64,000 nt of DNA from Escherichia coli. GTDB lineage: Bacteria > Pseudomonadota > Gammaproteobacteria > Enterobacterales > Enterobacteriaceae. Made by a program: the position numbers and the translations under genes. The stretch lies in NCBI RefSeq assembly GCF_003019035.1, contig NZ_CP027447.1. One strand, given 5' to 3'. This document shows positions 14,084-28,757 of the stretch, piece by piece (positions within the stretch are counted from its first letter, which is position 1; every line of letters begins with the position of its first letter). The notes under the pieces were generated by a model. It was not told the origin of the DNA. It worked only from the letters and a program-made list of their open reading frames with translations, and did not search any database.

Positions 14084-14875
14084 TCAGATGCCGACGCTAA
14101 CCGTCTCCGGTAGTGTGCTGCCGCCATCAATCACATTCTGTGTACCGGTTAAATAGCTGGATTCATCCGATGCGAGGAAGGCCGCCAGTTCGCCGACTTC
14201 CAGCGGATCGGCGAGGCGACGCATCGGGATTGCTTTCGCCATTTCAGTCAGCACCGATTCTGGATCTTCCGGGTTCGACTGGCGGGCAATGCTTTCCGCC
14301 ATTGGCGTGCGAACGTATCCAGGGCAGATGGCGTTAACGCGAATACCAGACTGCGCGTACTCCACCGCCAGCGATTTAGTCAGGCCAACAATCGCCGCTT
14401 TCGTTAAGGCATACGCCGTTTCACCCGGATCGGCCACCATATCGCCAGTGACTGAAGACATCATCACAATGCGACCATCTTTGCGGGCAATCATCTCCGG
14501 CAACACCGCCTTCGTGACGTTCCATACGCCTTTAATATTGATATCAATATGGAAATCGCGATCTTCATCGCTCATATCGAGGAAACTGCCCAGACGACAA
14601 ACGCCTGCGTTATTCACCAGGATATCAATGCGCCCTTCTTTTTCCTTCGCGCGCTTGATAGCTGCGGCTACCGACGCCGGGTCACGCACATCGGCGACAA
14701 CCGCCGTACAGCGATGACCACGACCACACAGTTCGTCCGCCAGCTTTTCGATCTCAGGGGAGATATCCAGCAAGATTAGGTTTGCGCCATGACGCGCAAA
14801 AGTTCTGGCAATTCCTTCGCCAATTCCCTGCAATGCGCCCGTAATCAGTGCTGTCTTGCCCGTGAGTTTACCCAT
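14084..14875 (-). CDS. ucpA: Short-chain dehydrogenase/reductase UcpA
   Basis: ORF track 14084..14941(-) trimmed to MGKLTGKTALITGALQGIGEG (Rossmann TGxxxGIG motif); 263 aa. Confidence 0.85.
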   Translation of the reverse strand: MGKLTGKTALITGALQGIGEGIARTFARHGANLILLDISPEIEKLADELCGRGHRCTAVVADVRDPASVAAAIKRAKEKEGRIDILVNNAGVCRLGSFLDMSDEDRDFHIDINIKGVWNVTKAVLPEMIARKDGRIVMMSSVTGDMVADPGETAYALTKAAIVGLTKSLAVEYAQSGIRVNAICPGYVRTPMAESIARQSNPEDPESVLTEMAKAIPMRRLADPLEVGELAAFLASDESSYLTGTQNVIDGGSTLPETVSVGI

Positions 14876-15003
14876 TTTAATGCTCTCCTTGTTAATACAG
14901 AGCGTTACACTCCATTCCCTCTGAAAATACAGGATAAACAAAATATTGCTGCGGATCAGCTCACTAATTCAGGAAAATCTCAATCCAGTCGCTGCTTTAT
15001 GCA

Positions 15004-15861
15004 TCATTTCAGGCGTTGCGTTAGCTCACTGCTGCGCTCAATCATTTTCAATGACTCCACATCATTGAGTTGCACAAGGCCAACAAACAGTAAATCGGTA
15101 ACAGAATTTTGCGCCGTGCGGGTGGACATCGACGAGCTGCGCCATTCGGTTTCGCCAGAAACGGTATCGAGGGTGTAATGCGCCAGCCGCCGCAGCGGGG
15201 AATCGGTTAATGAGGTAATGGCAATCACCGTTGCCCCCTGCTTTCGCGCTGCCTCGGCGCACAAGACAATCTCTTTTTTACTGCCGCTGTAAGAGATAGC
15301 GATTTGTACATCACCTTTTTTCAGCGCCTGGGAAACGGTGGCTTGTACATGCGTGTCAGCTTCACAGGTCACACGATAACCAATTTTCATCAGTTTGAAT
15401 GAAAGATCGCGCCCCACCAGCGCCGACCCACCCAGGCCCGTTATCTGGATAAACGGTGCTTTACTGATGACCTCAATAATTTTTTGCAGCCGCGCGTAGT
15501 CGAACAACGCGCAGGTTTGCTCCAGCGCCAACTCTTTTTCGCGATTCAGTTTGCGGGCTATAACTTCCAGCGAATCATCACTGGTAATCGAACTGTGCAG
15601 GTGCAGCGCCGTGGCATTCGTTTTCTCCCGGCTGGCACTGTATTCGCCAATTAACGCCATACGCAATTCAGTAAATCCTTGCGCGCCGAGCTTCTGGGCA
15701 AACTTCACAATACTCGACTGGCTGATGCCGAGCTGTTTCGCCATCTTGCGCGAAGAGACGGATTTCAGCTCACTCACGTTGGCCCGCAGAAAGTCAGCAA
15801 TTTTTTGCTCGTTCCCGGTAAATTCACTTTCCGCATTGCGTATTTTCGTCAGGTACAACAT
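15004..15861 (-). CDS. murR: MurNAc-6-P-responsive RpiR-family transcriptional regulator MurR
   Basis: ORF track 15004..16116(-) trimmed to [25 protein letters not shown]; HTH plus SIS domain; 285 aa; divergent from murQ. Confidence 0.85.
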
Positions 15862-16024
15862 CTTCCACTCTCCTGGGCTGGCAGCAAAAATTCCGCTTAA
15901 GTTCTTATGACGCTCTTCACACTCTGCGAGTGTAGACTCAATGATTCCTTTAAGTCTGTCAATTCGGGATATATGATTCCATACATCTGCAATTATTTGA
16001 TCGTAAATAGTAAGGTCACCACCG
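15862..16024. promoter_or_regulatory. Divergent murR / murQP promoter-operator region
   Basis: 163-bp spacer between the divergently oriented murR and murQ starts; the regulatory role follows from this arrangement, no site was mapped. Confidence 0.5.
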
Positions 16025-16921
16025 ATGCAACTTGAAAAGATGATTACCGAAGGCTCGAACGCCGCTTCGGCTGAAATTGACCGCGTATCAACGCTGGAAA
16101 TGTGCCGGATTATCAACGATGAAGATAAAACCGTACCACTCGCCGTTGAGCGCGTACTGCCGGATATCGCCGCAGCGATCGATGTTATCCACGCCCAGGT
16201 AAGCGGCGGCGGGCGTCTGATTTATCTCGGTGCGGGAACATCAGGTCGTCTGGGGATTCTGGATGCCAGCGAATGTCCGCCGACCTACGGCGTGAAGCCA
16301 GGTCTGGTAGTTGGATTAATTGCTGGCGGCGAATATGCCATTCAGCACGCGGTGGAAGGCGCAGAAGATAGCCGGGAAGGCGGTGTGAATGATCTGAAAA
16401 ACATCGGATTATCCGCGCAGGATGTGGTGGTTGGTATTGCCGCCAGTGGTCGCACGCCGTATGTGATTGCCGGACTGGAATACGCGCGCCAGCTCGGCTG
16501 CCGCACAGTGGGAATTTCCTGTAATCCAGGGAGCGCGGTTTCCACCACCGCTGAGTTTGCCATTACACCGATTGTAGGTGCCGAAGTGGTTACCGGTTCT
16601 TCACGAATGAAAGCAGGCACAGCGCAGAAACTGGTGCTCAATATGCTCTCCACCGGGCTGATGATTAAATCCGGCAAAGTGTTCGGCAACCTGATGGTCG
16701 ATGTGGTCGCCACCAACGAAAAACTGCATGTGCGCCAGGTCAATATCGTCAAAAACGCTACCGGATGTAATGCCGAACAAGCGGAAGCGGCGTTAATTGC
16801 TTGCGAGCGCAACTGTAAAACGGCCATTGTGATGGTACTGAAAAATCTCGATGCCGATGAAGCTAAAAAATGCCTGGATCAACACGGCGGTTTTATTCGC
16901 AAGGCTCTGGAAAAGGAATAA
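16025..16921 (+). CDS. murQ: N-acetylmuramic acid 6-phosphate etherase
   Basis: 298-aa [37 protein letters not shown]...; SIS domain. Confidence 0.9.
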
Positions 16922-16924
16922 CCC

Positions 16925-18349
<1,425 letters not shown>

Positions 18350-18353
18350 TAAT

Positions 18354-19655
18354 ATGAAACGGACAATGCTCTATCTTTCTCTGCTGGCTGTCAGCTGTAG
18401 CGTCAGCGCCGCAAAATACCCTGTTCTGACAGAAAGTTCGCCAGAGAAAGCAGGGTTTAACGTCGAACGGCTTAATCAGATGGATCGCTGGATAAGCCAG
18501 CAAGTTGATGCCGGTTATCCCGGCGTAAACCTGCTGATTATAAAAGATAATCAGATTGTTTATCGCAAAGCCTGGGGCGCGGCGAAAAAGTACGATGGCA
18601 ACGCGTTAATGGCGCAGCCTGTAAAAGCCACCACCGGGACGCTGTATGATCTGGCCTCAAACACCAAGATGTACGCCACTAACTTCGCGCTGCAAAAGCT
18701 GATGAGCGAAGGCAAACTGCATCCTGACGATCGGATTGCGAAATATATTCCGGGATTTGCCGATAACCCAAATGACACCATTAAAGGCAAAAACACGTTG
18801 CGGATTTCTGATCTGCTGCATCACAGCGGCGGTTTCCCGGCGGACCCACAATATCCGAATAAAGCGGTCGCGGGCGCGTTATATTCCCAGGATAAAGGCC
18901 AGACGCTGGAGATGATCAAGCGCACGCCGCTGGAGTATCAGCCCGGCAGCAAGCATATCTACAGCGATGTCGATTATATGCTGCTTGGATTTATCGTCGA
19001 GTCGGTTACCGGTCAGCCACTTGACCGCTATGTTGAAGAGTCGATTTATCGCCCGCTCGGCCTGACGCATACGGTGTTTAATCCGCTGCTGAAAGGCTTT
19101 AAACCACAGCAAATTGCCGCCACGGAACTGAACGGCAATACCCGCGATGGCGTGATTCACTTCCCGAATATCCGCACCTCCACTCTCTGGGGTCAGGTGC
19201 ACGATGAAAAAGCCTTTTATTCGATGGGCGGTGTTTCCGGGCACGCAGGTTTGTTTTCCAATACCGGCGATATTGCGGTGTTAATGCAAACGATGCTGAA
19301 CGGCGGTGGCTATGGTGATGTGCAGCTGTTCAGTGCGGAAACGGTGAAGATGTTCACCACCAGCTCTAAGGAAGATGCCACTTTTGGCCTTGGCTGGCGC
19401 GTGAATGGTAATGCCACCATGACGCCGACGTTTGGCACGCTGGCAAGCCCGCAAACCTACGGTCACACTGGCTGGACCGGGACGGTGACCGTTATCGATC
19501 CGGTGAATCATATGGCGATTGTGATGTTAAGCAACAAGCCACATTCGCCAGTTGCCGATCCACACAAAAATCCCAATATGTTCGAAAGCGGTCAGTTGCC
19601 GATTGCAACTTATGGTTGGGTAGTTGATCAAGTGTATGCGGCGTTAAAGCAGTAA
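18354..19655 (+). CDS. yfeW: Penicillin-binding protein 4B-like (beta-lactamase fold)
   Basis: ORF track 18267..19655 trimmed to MKRTMLYLSLLAVSCSVSA signal peptide; SxxK-type motif ASNTK. Confidence 0.85.
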   Translation: MKRTMLYLSLLAVSCSVSAAKYPVLTESSPEKAGFNVERLNQMDRWISQQVDAGYPGVNLLIIKDNQIVYRKAWGAAKKYDGNALMAQPVKATTGTLYDLASNTKMYATNFALQKLMSEGKLHPDDRIAKYIPGFADNPNDTIKGKNTLRISDLLHHSGGFPADPQYPNKAVAGALYSQDKGQTLEMIKRTPLEYQPGSKHIYSDVDYMLLGFIVESVTGQPLDRYVEESIYRPLGLTHTVFNPLLKGFKPQQIAATELNGNTRDGVIHFPNIRTSTLWGQVHDEKAFYSMGGVSGHAGLFSNTGDIAVLMQTMLNGGGYGDVQLFSAETVKMFTTSSKEDATFGLGWRVNGNATMTPTFGTLASPQTYGHTGWTGTVTVIDPVNHMAIVMLSNKPHSPVADPHKNPNMFESGQLPIATYGWVVDQVYAALKQ

Positions 19656-19656
19656 T

Positions 19657-19693
19657 AAAAAGGCCAGTCAGTTGTGTTACTGGCTGGCCTTTA
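19657..19693. terminator. Bidirectional terminator between convergent yfeW and yfeX
   Basis: aggccagtcag-ttgtgtt-actggctggcct hairpin flanked by aaaaa (left) and ttt (right); stronger U-run on the minus strand. Confidence 0.55.
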
Positions 19694-19712
19694 ATCAATG
19701 AATCAGAAACGC

Positions 19713-20696
<984 letters not shown>

Positions 20697-20707
20697 TCAG
20701 ACGCAAA

Positions 20708-21283
20708 TTAACGCCGCCAGATAATTTTACTGACTTTCCAGTTTTTCAGGGTATCGTCCGAAGGCATTAACCCTTCAGGGCCACTCCATTCCCCGCTGAA
20801 CTGGTAGCTAATATGTTGACTGCCTTCGGCTTTACATTCGACGGCACGATTATCATCACTGTCGGCCTTTTGGCAATTGCCAAATGCTTTGCTGTAAAGG
20901 TCACTAAACGGTGTACCGATTTTAACACCGGTGTCAGCAGGAATATCGCTATCCAGCACATCAATGCGGCTGATCGTGCCTTGATCACCGTTAATCACCA
21001 TCGCCACGTTGTCGCCTTTCATCACTTCAAAAAAGCGCACCACGTTGCCGTTCGCGGTTTTCATTCCGCTGCGCAGGCGATAATCGCCATCAAGCGCATC
21101 AGCAATGGCTTGTTCTTGCAGTGGTGTGGACGCCGTTAATTCACCCACGCCCTGCTCGCTCACTTTGGTGGATGATCCAAACCAGTTCCACGGGTTAGCG
21201 GCCGACCAGTTAACTGACGACATCGTGGAACAGCCGGTCAGCATCAACGGCATAGCGCATAACATTAAACGCAGCGATTTCAT
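20708..21283 (-). CDS. yfeY: Lipoprotein YfeY
   Basis: 191-aa ORF with lipoprotein signal MKSLRLMLCAMPLMLTGCS (lipobox LTGC). Confidence 0.8.
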   Translation of the reverse strand: MKSLRLMLCAMPLMLTGCSTMSSVNWSAANPWNWFGSSTKVSEQGVGELTASTPLQEQAIADALDGDYRLRSGMKTANGNVVRFFEVMKGDNVAMVINGDQGTISRIDVLDSDIPADTGVKIGTPFSDLYSKAFGNCQKADSDDNRAVECKAEGSQHISYQFSGEWSGPEGLMPSDDTLKNWKVSKIIWRR

Positions 21284-21343
21284 GTCACTTCCTTTGGTTA
21301 TTCAATAACGTTGCTTGGAGTGCAAATTCACCAAAAAGTGCCG

Positions 21344-21793
21344 TTATTCTTTTTCTTCATTAAAACAAGCGCGTAAACGTCGATTGGTCAGCAGCCAGAT
21401 TAACGCCACGATATCCGCCACTACCAGCGCCAGACCGATACCGCTAACGGATTCACCGTTCAGCCACAGCCACGGTTGCCAACAAAGTAAAACCACTTGC
21501 GCCAACAGCAACAGAAAATAGAGCACATGCCAGATACGGGGAAATGAAGCCCGCCGACCACTCAGCAAAAATGCCAGCACCGCCGGAATGCCGGGAATCA
21601 ACCCCAGCCAGAAATTATCGTGATCGGGATAAAACAGATTTAGCAGCGCAGTACCCTGCTCGCGCGACGCTCCGGCAATGACAAACAGCACCCAGGTTCG
21701 CGCCTGAAGCAATAGCACAAGCCAGAAGAGCAAGGGTAAACGCAGGCGACCGTGCGCATCATAATGGACAGGATGAAACTCAGTACTCTTCAT
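21344..21793 (-). CDS. yfeZ: Inner membrane protein YfeZ
   Basis: ORF track 21344..21799(-); hydrophobic protein [29 protein letters not shown]; start taken at second Met. Confidence 0.75.
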
Positions 21794-22205
21794 CTTCAAT
21801 CAAACGCTTACCCAGACTCAGCACGTCGGCGTGTTCATATCCCAGGCGTTCATACATTCCGAGCACCATGTCGTTATCTTCCGGCACGTTGATCTGAATT
21901 TTCGGACAGCCGCGAGCAATCAGCTTTTTCTCCAACCGATTAAGCAACGCATTAGCAATCCCACGCCCACGAAACTCTGGATGCACGCCAAGATAATAAG
22001 CAGACCCGCGATGCCCGTCATAACCGCCCATCACCGTTCCGACCACTTCACCGTTTACCTCAGCGACCAGAAACAAACTGACGTCATGGTTCATCTTACG
22101 CTCGATGTCCATTTCCGGATCGTTCCACGGACGCAGCAAGTCGCAACGCTCCCAAAGGGTGATGACCTCTTCGAAATCTTCCTGGCGAAATACGCGTATC
22201 TCCAT
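21780..22205 (-). CDS. ypeA: GNAT-family N-acetyltransferase YpeA
   Basis: ORF track 21780..22316(-) trimmed to [37 protein letters not shown]; 141 aa; GNAT motif [10 protein letters not shown]. Confidence 0.8.
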
Positions 22206-22418
22206 GGTATTCGTTACCTTTTTGCGGGTTAAAAGGCTGATTATGGCGTGAACGGTCGAATTAGCCAATATCTGACGAAAATCGGTTGAAAAAGTGGCAT
22301 AATGGGGAGTTGTCAACTATTGAAATGAAAAGTAAAACAATTCTCAACAGCAAACGGTCGTAACGGATTACGCGATACGATATAACATCTGGAACTTTAT
22401 TATTACAACTCAGGCCGT

Positions 22419-23288
22419 ATGAGCACTTTTAAACCACTAAAAACACTCACTTCGCGCCGCCAGGTGCTGAAAGCCGGTTTGGCTGCCCTGACGTTGTCAG
22501 GAATGTCGCAAGCCATCGCCAAAGACGAACCTTTAAAAACCAGCAACGGACACAGCAAGCCGAAAGCCAAAAAATCTGGCGGCAAACGTGTCGTTGTTCT
22601 CGATCCAGGCCACGGCGGGATTGATACCGGAGCGATCGGACGCAACGGTTCGAAAGAAAAACATGTGGTGCTGGCGATTGCTAAAAACGTCCGTTCCATT
22701 TTGCGTAATCATGGCATTGATGCGCGTTTAACGCGTTCTGGCGATACGTTTATCCCACTATACGATCGCGTTGAAATCGCCCATAAACATGGCGCAGATC
22801 TGTTTATGTCAATTCATGCCGATGGCTTTACCAACCCGAAAGCTGCCGGTGCTTCGGTATTTGCCCTCTCTAACCGTGGGGCAAGTAGCGCAATGGCGAA
22901 ATACCTGTCTGAACGCGAAAACCGCGCCGATGAAGTTGCCGGTAAAAAGGCGACTGACAAGGATCACCTATTGCAGCAAGTGCTGTTTGATCTGGTGCAA
23001 ACCGATACTATTAAAAACAGCCTGACGCTCGGCTCGCATATTCTGAAAAAGATTAAGCCGGTGCATAAACTGCACAGCCGCAACACCGAACAAGCCGCGT
23101 TTGTGGTGTTGAAATCGCCGTCGGTTCCGTCGGTGCTGGTGGAAACCTCGTTTATCACCAACCCGGAAGAAGAGCGGCTGTTAGGCACTGCAGCGTTTCG
23201 CCAGAAAATCGCCACAGCGATTGCCGAAGGCGTGATCAGTTATTTCCACTGGTTTGACAACCAGAAAGCACACTCGAGAAAGCGGTAA
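22419..23288 (+). CDS. amiA: N-acetylmuramoyl-L-alanine amidase AmiA
   Basis: 289-aa ORF with Tat signal (SRRQVLKAGLAAL); amidase_3 motifs VVVLDPGHGG. Confidence 0.9.
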   Translation: MSTFKPLKTLTSRRQVLKAGLAALTLSGMSQAIAKDEPLKTSNGHSKPKAKKSGGKRVVVLDPGHGGIDTGAIGRNGSKEKHVVLAIAKNVRSILRNHGIDARLTRSGDTFIPLYDRVEIAHKHGADLFMSIHADGFTNPKAAGASVFALSNRGASSAMAKYLSERENRADEVAGKKATDKDHLLQQVLFDLVQTDTIKNSLTLGSHILKKIKPVHKLHSRNTEQAAFVVLKSPSVPSVLVETSFITNPEEERLLGTAAFRQKIATAIAEGVISYFHWFDNQKAHSRKR

Positions 23289-24191
<903 letters not shown>

Positions 24192-24196
24192 CTCCC

Positions 24197-25249
24197 TCAC
24201 CCCCATTCCCGCATCCGCTGATGCAGCGTCAGTGACGGCTTCTCGGCAAACAGTTGCTGATAATCCGTGGCGAATTGCCCCAGATGCCAGAATCCCCACT
24301 GCATGGCGGCGTCTTTTACCGTCATACTTTGCGACCACGGGCTTATCAGTTCGCGGCGCACGGCGTTCAGGCGAATGCGTTTCAGCCACGCGTTTGGGCC
24401 AATGCCTAAAATAGCGTGAAAAGCGTTTTGTAGCGTGCGGCGGCTGACATGTAGTTGATTACACAAGTCCAGCACCGTCACCGGTTCGGACATGTTTTCC
24501 AGCACATATTCACGGGCGCGGGAAAGCAATCGACGGTAACTCTGATGACTGATGCTTTCCGCCGTCACCATTGGCTGCGCTTCTTCCAGCATCGCCCCCA
24601 TCGCCATTAGCAAGTTATCCCCCAGCACTTTTCGCACTGCAGGCTGATGGAGATTTTCCGGGTTCTCGCAAAACGTCGCCAGCGCCTGTTGGACAAAGCC
24701 CCACAGAGCGGCTTTATGCTGCTCTTTCACTTCCAGCGCCGACTGGCTACGCAGCATATGTAATACCCGATCCGGATTATGCAAAAAGTTAGCCTGACGA
24801 GTGATGACATCTTCAGAAAGCACTACGCCCAGGATCGTGTAATCGTCCGGCGTACTTAATTCAAACTCGGTTCCACCCGGGCGCGTCGCAATTTCTGCGC
24901 TTCCCAGACATTGCGAACCGATAAATCCCTGCTCACCGCGCGTCGCCGGAATGCCAAACCAGAACGAGTTCGGCCAGACCAGGCACGACTGACGCAGCGC
25001 CAGACCAGTGTATTCACGAAAAACCTGAATATCATCGAGTAGAATTTCCGTAAATTCACCATGAAACTTGCCCGGATGCAGCTGATCGTAAATCTGCTGC
25101 CAGGCGGTAATTGTCAAAGCATGTTCATAGACATCCGTTGTCTGTCGTTGATGAACATTATCCACTTCGACCTTCGGCGTGAGCTTCAGGTTTTCGGGTA
25201 AGGGTTCATGATAAAGATGGTGCAAATTGGCTGTACGGGTCTTTTTCAT
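24197..25249 (-). CDS. eutR: AraC-family ethanolamine operon regulator EutR
   Basis: 350-aa [26 protein letters not shown]...; C-terminal AraC HTH; last gene of the eut cluster. Confidence 0.9.
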   Translation of the reverse strand: MKKTRTANLHHLYHEPLPENLKLTPKVEVDNVHQRQTTDVYEHALTITAWQQIYDQLHPGKFHGEFTEILLDDIQVFREYTGLALRQSCLVWPNSFWFGIPATRGEQGFIGSQCLGSAEIATRPGGTEFELSTPDDYTILGVVLSEDVITRQANFLHNPDRVLHMLRSQSALEVKEQHKAALWGFVQQALATFCENPENLHQPAVRKVLGDNLLMAMGAMLEEAQPMVTAESISHQSYRRLLSRAREYVLENMSEPVTVLDLCNQLHVSRRTLQNAFHAILGIGPNAWLKRIRLNAVRRELISPWSQSMTVKDAAMQWGFWHLGQFATDYQQLFAEKPSLTLHQRMREWG

Positions 25250-25294
25250 GATGTTAATGCCGGGTGTTGTAGGACACCCGGCACCTCCGACAGG

Positions 25295-25795
25295 TTAATG
25301 GGGCTTGAGACGATAACGACTACTGCGTTTACGTAACGTCCCGGCAGAAAAGAGCTGTTCGAGCGCATTTCTGGCTTTTTCCAGCGGCCAGCCAAAGTGG
25401 GCTGCCACTTCTCCTGCCGTCATTCCCTGACGTACTGATGTTAACAGCGCCAACAACTCGTCAGCAGATTCCGCGACGATAACTGGCGCGTCGGGTTCCT
25501 TTACGGGTTGCTTCGGCTGGCGGTTAAAGCCAGTAACCAGCCACTGGGTGTCATCGTCTGGCCGACCGATCTCCTTACGGCTGATGACACGCCCGGTACG
25601 CATCGCGGCAGCACAACCTGCGTCCAGCGCCGCACGACACGCCGCCAGATCGCCTTCCACCACCAGCGTTAGGCGACCAGGGTCAAGCACTTCATGGCTG
25701 AGCAGACGAACGTTAGCTGCTTTGAGCATGGCATCCGCTGCATCTATCGCGGCGACCATGCCGTCAACTTCCAGCAATCCCAGTGCATTGATCAT
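25295..25795 (-). CDS. eutK: BMC shell protein EutK
   Basis: ORF track 25295..25801(-) trimmed to MINALGLLEVDGMVAAIDAADAMLKAANV (BMC domain) plus C-terminal extension; 166 aa. Confidence 0.85.
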   Translation of the reverse strand: MINALGLLEVDGMVAAIDAADAMLKAANVRLLSHEVLDPGRLTLVVEGDLAACRAALDAGCAAAMRTGRVISRKEIGRPDDDTQWLVTGFNRQPKQPVKEPDAPVIVAESADELLALLTSVRQGMTAGEVAAHFGWPLEKARNALEQLFSAGTLRKRSSRYRLKPH

Positions 25796-25807
25796 CGGCA
25801 ACCTCCG

Positions 25808-26467
25808 TTACGCACGCTGGATTGGATTACGCGCGATTTCCAGCACTGCATCGGTAAAGGCGTTACAGGCTGCTTTACACGCGGCCTGGCTACCGGTTAA
25901 AAATGCTGCCGAGTAGTTGGTTTCAGACGGTGGCGGGACATAGGTCACCAGCTGCACGTCGGCAGATTTCAACGCTGCATCAATGCCGTAGGTCGCTTCC
26001 AGCGGCGGTGCCACCAGATACGCCATCGGATCGCCAGGCGTGATCCCGGCGGTTGATGAGAGATAAGAACCGGTACGCGAAACGACATGTGCCAGGAAGG
26101 CTGTATTTTCTGCGTCATTAGCCCACTGGAAAGCAGCGCCATTTTCAATATGCGCAACCATCGCATCCAGACCAGCACGCACTTCCGCCGGGTTTGGCCC
26201 ACCCAGCATAATCAGCACTTCACCGGCAGTCGGTGACGGGCCGTGTGCGGCTCCCGCATACAGCGAGCGGCCATACACCACTTCCACCATCGCCTGCTTG
26301 GTCGCTTCGTCAGCCGCAATGTAGGTGACGTCATCTGAATCAGCAGAAATCAGCCCGAGGCTACGAATATGCGGCGGCAATTTCAGTTCACGTGCAAATT
26401 CGGCGTTAACGGAGGCAATCACCCGCATGGCGGTTACCGACGGTCGAATCAAATCTAAAGCTGGCAT
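25808..26467 (-). CDS. eutL: BMC shell protein EutL (tandem BMC domain)
   Basis: 219-aa [44 protein letters not shown]... Confidence 0.9.
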   Translation of the reverse strand: MPALDLIRPSVTAMRVIASVNAEFARELKLPPHIRSLGLISADSDDVTYIAADEATKQAMVEVVYGRSLYAGAAHGPSPTAGEVLIMLGGPNPAEVRAGLDAMVAHIENGAAFQWANDAENTAFLAHVVSRTGSYLSSTAGITPGDPMAYLVAPPLEATYGIDAALKSADVQLVTYVPPPSETNYSAAFLTGSQAACKAACNAFTDAVLEIARNPIQRA

Positions 26468-26476
26468 GATGCCTCC

Positions 26477-27364
26477 TTATCGGGTCATGTTGATGCCGGA
26501 TGCTTTCTGCTCCAGCATACGTTTCGCCAAATCCACAATGACGGCTGCGGCTTCAACCGGCGGCGTGCCGCCCTGGTGAATGTTAGAGATACAGGTGCGA
26601 TCGGCCTCAACGGTGGTTGCCATACGCGGCGAGTAAACGGCGTAGCAGGAGAGGCTTTCTGACTGCCCCAACCCCGGACGTTCGCCCACCAGCAGGATCA
26701 CCACTTTCGCGCCGAGGATCTCACCGATCTGATCTTCAATCTTCACGCGACCATAACGAACAAAGAATGGCGTGCCGACTTTCAGCCCGGCCTGTTTCAG
26801 GCCCGCCATCAGCGGCGGCAGGATCTCTTCGTAGTTCACGGTGATCGCATCAGTTGACAGGCCATCAGAAATAACGACCTGTACGTCCGGATTAGCAACA
26901 CACTGTGCTTTCAGCGCTTCAACAGCTTCAGCACACAGGCGGCGGCCCATATCCGGACGAGTCAGGTAGAGATTTTTGTCGCTGATTTCGGAGCGGACTT
27001 CCAGCAAGCCCTGCGCTTTCACCCACTCTTCCGGTACTTCTTTCAGAACGGTATCTTTCGAACGAGAGTGATCGGCCAGGAAACGCAGCAACGCCTGGGT
27101 GCGCGGACGCGGACCGGCACGACCGGTACAAACGCGGGCCACGGTGCTGCGACGCAGTTCTGTTAACACATCCGCACGATGTGGGTTTTCAACACCAATC
27201 CACGCTTTTGCTTCCGCAGAACCTAAATCCAGCGCGCAGCTTTCCGAGGTCACCGGTGCCGCACAGGTGGTGGTGGCGCACTTTGCTTCTGACGGCGCGG
27301 GGGCCGCTTGTCCCATTGACGCCATCACGCTGCGTACAATTTCTTCAATCTGTTTTTGATCCAT
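26477..27364 (-). CDS. eutC: Ethanolamine ammonia-lyase small subunit
   Basis: 295-aa [22 protein letters not shown]... Confidence 0.9.
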   Translation of the reverse strand: MDQKQIEEIVRSVMASMGQAAPAPSEAKCATTTCAAPVTSESCALDLGSAEAKAWIGVENPHRADVLTELRRSTVARVCTGRAGPRPRTQALLRFLADHSRSKDTVLKEVPEEWVKAQGLLEVRSEISDKNLYLTRPDMGRRLCAEAVEALKAQCVANPDVQVVISDGLSTDAITVNYEEILPPLMAGLKQAGLKVGTPFFVRYGRVKIEDQIGEILGAKVVILLVGERPGLGQSESLSCYAVYSPRMATTVEADRTCISNIHQGGTPPVEAAAVIVDLAKRMLEQKASGINMTR

Positions 27365-27384
27365 GATGTGTTATCTCCGCGTCA

Positions 27385-28746
27385 TCAGAAGAACAGTGAC
27401 GGATCGCCCGCCCGTTTGGTCAGGCGACCGTTTGCCATAATGCCCATGCTTTCCAGCCAGCGTTCAAACTCCGGTGACGGGCGCAGATTCAGTAACTGAC
27501 GCACAGTGGCAGTGTCGTGGAATGCGGTGGTCTGATAGTTGAGCATGATGTCATCGCCCAGCGGCATCCCCATGATGTAGTTGCAGCCTGCGGTGGCGAG
27601 CAGGATCATCAGGTTTTCGTTGAGGTTCTGGTCAGCGTCAGCGTGGTTGGTGTAGCAGCAGTCACAGCCCATAGAGATGCCACTCAGCTTGCCCATAAAG
27701 TGATCTTCTAAGCCCGCACGGATAATCTGGCGGTCGTTGTAGAGATACTCCGGCCCAATAAAGCCGACCACGGTGTTGACGATAAACGGATCGTAATGAC
27801 GCGCCAGCCCGTAGTTACGCGCTTCCATCGTCACCTGGTCTGCGCCGAAGTTAGCGCCAGCAGACAGCGCCGAACCTTGTCCGGTTTCGAAGTAGAGGCA
27901 GTTTTCCCCGGCGATACGGTTAAACTCTGCACCCACTGCGCGCGCTTCGTCGAGCATCGCCAGCTCCACGCCAAACTCTTTCAGCCCTTTTTCGCTGCCG
28001 CAAATACTCTGGAAAATCAGCCCGCCCGGTGCGCCGCGACGAATCGCTTCGATCTGGGTGGTGACGTGCGCCAGTACGCAGCCCTGAGTTGGGATGTTGA
28101 ATTTGTCGATCACGCCATAGATGGTATCCAACACGCGGCTTAAGTTTTCCACGTCGTCAGTCACCGGGTTAACGCCGATCACCGCATCGCCCACCCCGAA
28201 GGAAAGCCCTTCGTAGATTTGCGCGGCGATACTTTGCACATCGTCACGGGTATCGTTTGGCTGCAAGCGGGCGCTAAAGGTGCCCGGAATACCGATGGTG
28301 GTATTGGCCTTTTTGATCACCGGCATTTTCTTCGCGCCGTAGATCAGGTCCGCGTTGGAGCAAATCTTCGCTACCGCCGCTACCACTTCCGAGGTCAGCC
28401 CTTTGCGGGTAAAGGCAATGTCGTCCACGCTGGTTTCATCGCTCAGCACATACTCACGCAGTTCGCTGATGCTCCAGTTTTTAATCTGGTTGTAGGCCGT
28501 TTCGTTAACGTCGTCCTGAATCAGCCGCGTCACGCAGTCATCTTCATAGGCAATCACCGGATTATTGCGGATGTCCGCTACGGTCATTTCCGACAACACC
28601 TGCTTTGCCGCCACGCGCTCCTGTGAGCTTGCCGCAGCAACGCCCGCCAGCACATCCCCCGAACGCAGTTCGTTGGCTTTAGCCAGCACCTCTTTTACAT
28701 CCTTAAACTGATATACATTGCCGAACAATGTGGTCTTTAGTTTCAT
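27385..28746 (-). CDS. eutB: Ethanolamine ammonia-lyase large subunit
   Basis: 453-aa ORF MKLKTTLFGNVYQFKDVKEVLAKANELRSGDVLAGVAAASSQERVAAKQV... Confidence 0.95.
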   Translation of the reverse strand: MKLKTTLFGNVYQFKDVKEVLAKANELRSGDVLAGVAAASSQERVAAKQVLSEMTVADIRNNPVIAYEDDCVTRLIQDDVNETAYNQIKNWSISELREYVLSDETSVDDIAFTRKGLTSEVVAAVAKICSNADLIYGAKKMPVIKKANTTIGIPGTFSARLQPNDTRDDVQSIAAQIYEGLSFGVGDAVIGVNPVTDDVENLSRVLDTIYGVIDKFNIPTQGCVLAHVTTQIEAIRRGAPGGLIFQSICGSEKGLKEFGVELAMLDEARAVGAEFNRIAGENCLYFETGQGSALSAGANFGADQVTMEARNYGLARHYDPFIVNTVVGFIGPEYLYNDRQIIRAGLEDHFMGKLSGISMGCDCCYTNHADADQNLNENLMILLATAGCNYIMGMPLGDDIMLNYQTTAFHDTATVRQLLNLRPSPEFERWLESMGIMANGRLTKRAGDPSLFF

Positions 28747-28757
28747 AAGTCGTTCCC

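Noticed and set aside
15862-16116. N-terminal extensions suggested by the ORF track (for example murR as 370 aa, also ucpA, eutS, eutM, ypeA, yfeW, tktB, nudK, ypfH)
   Set aside because: The track starts at the first in-frame ATG/GTG/TTG after a stop. In each case a downstream start reproduces the known N-terminus and length, and the extension would overlap the neighbouring gene or promoter.
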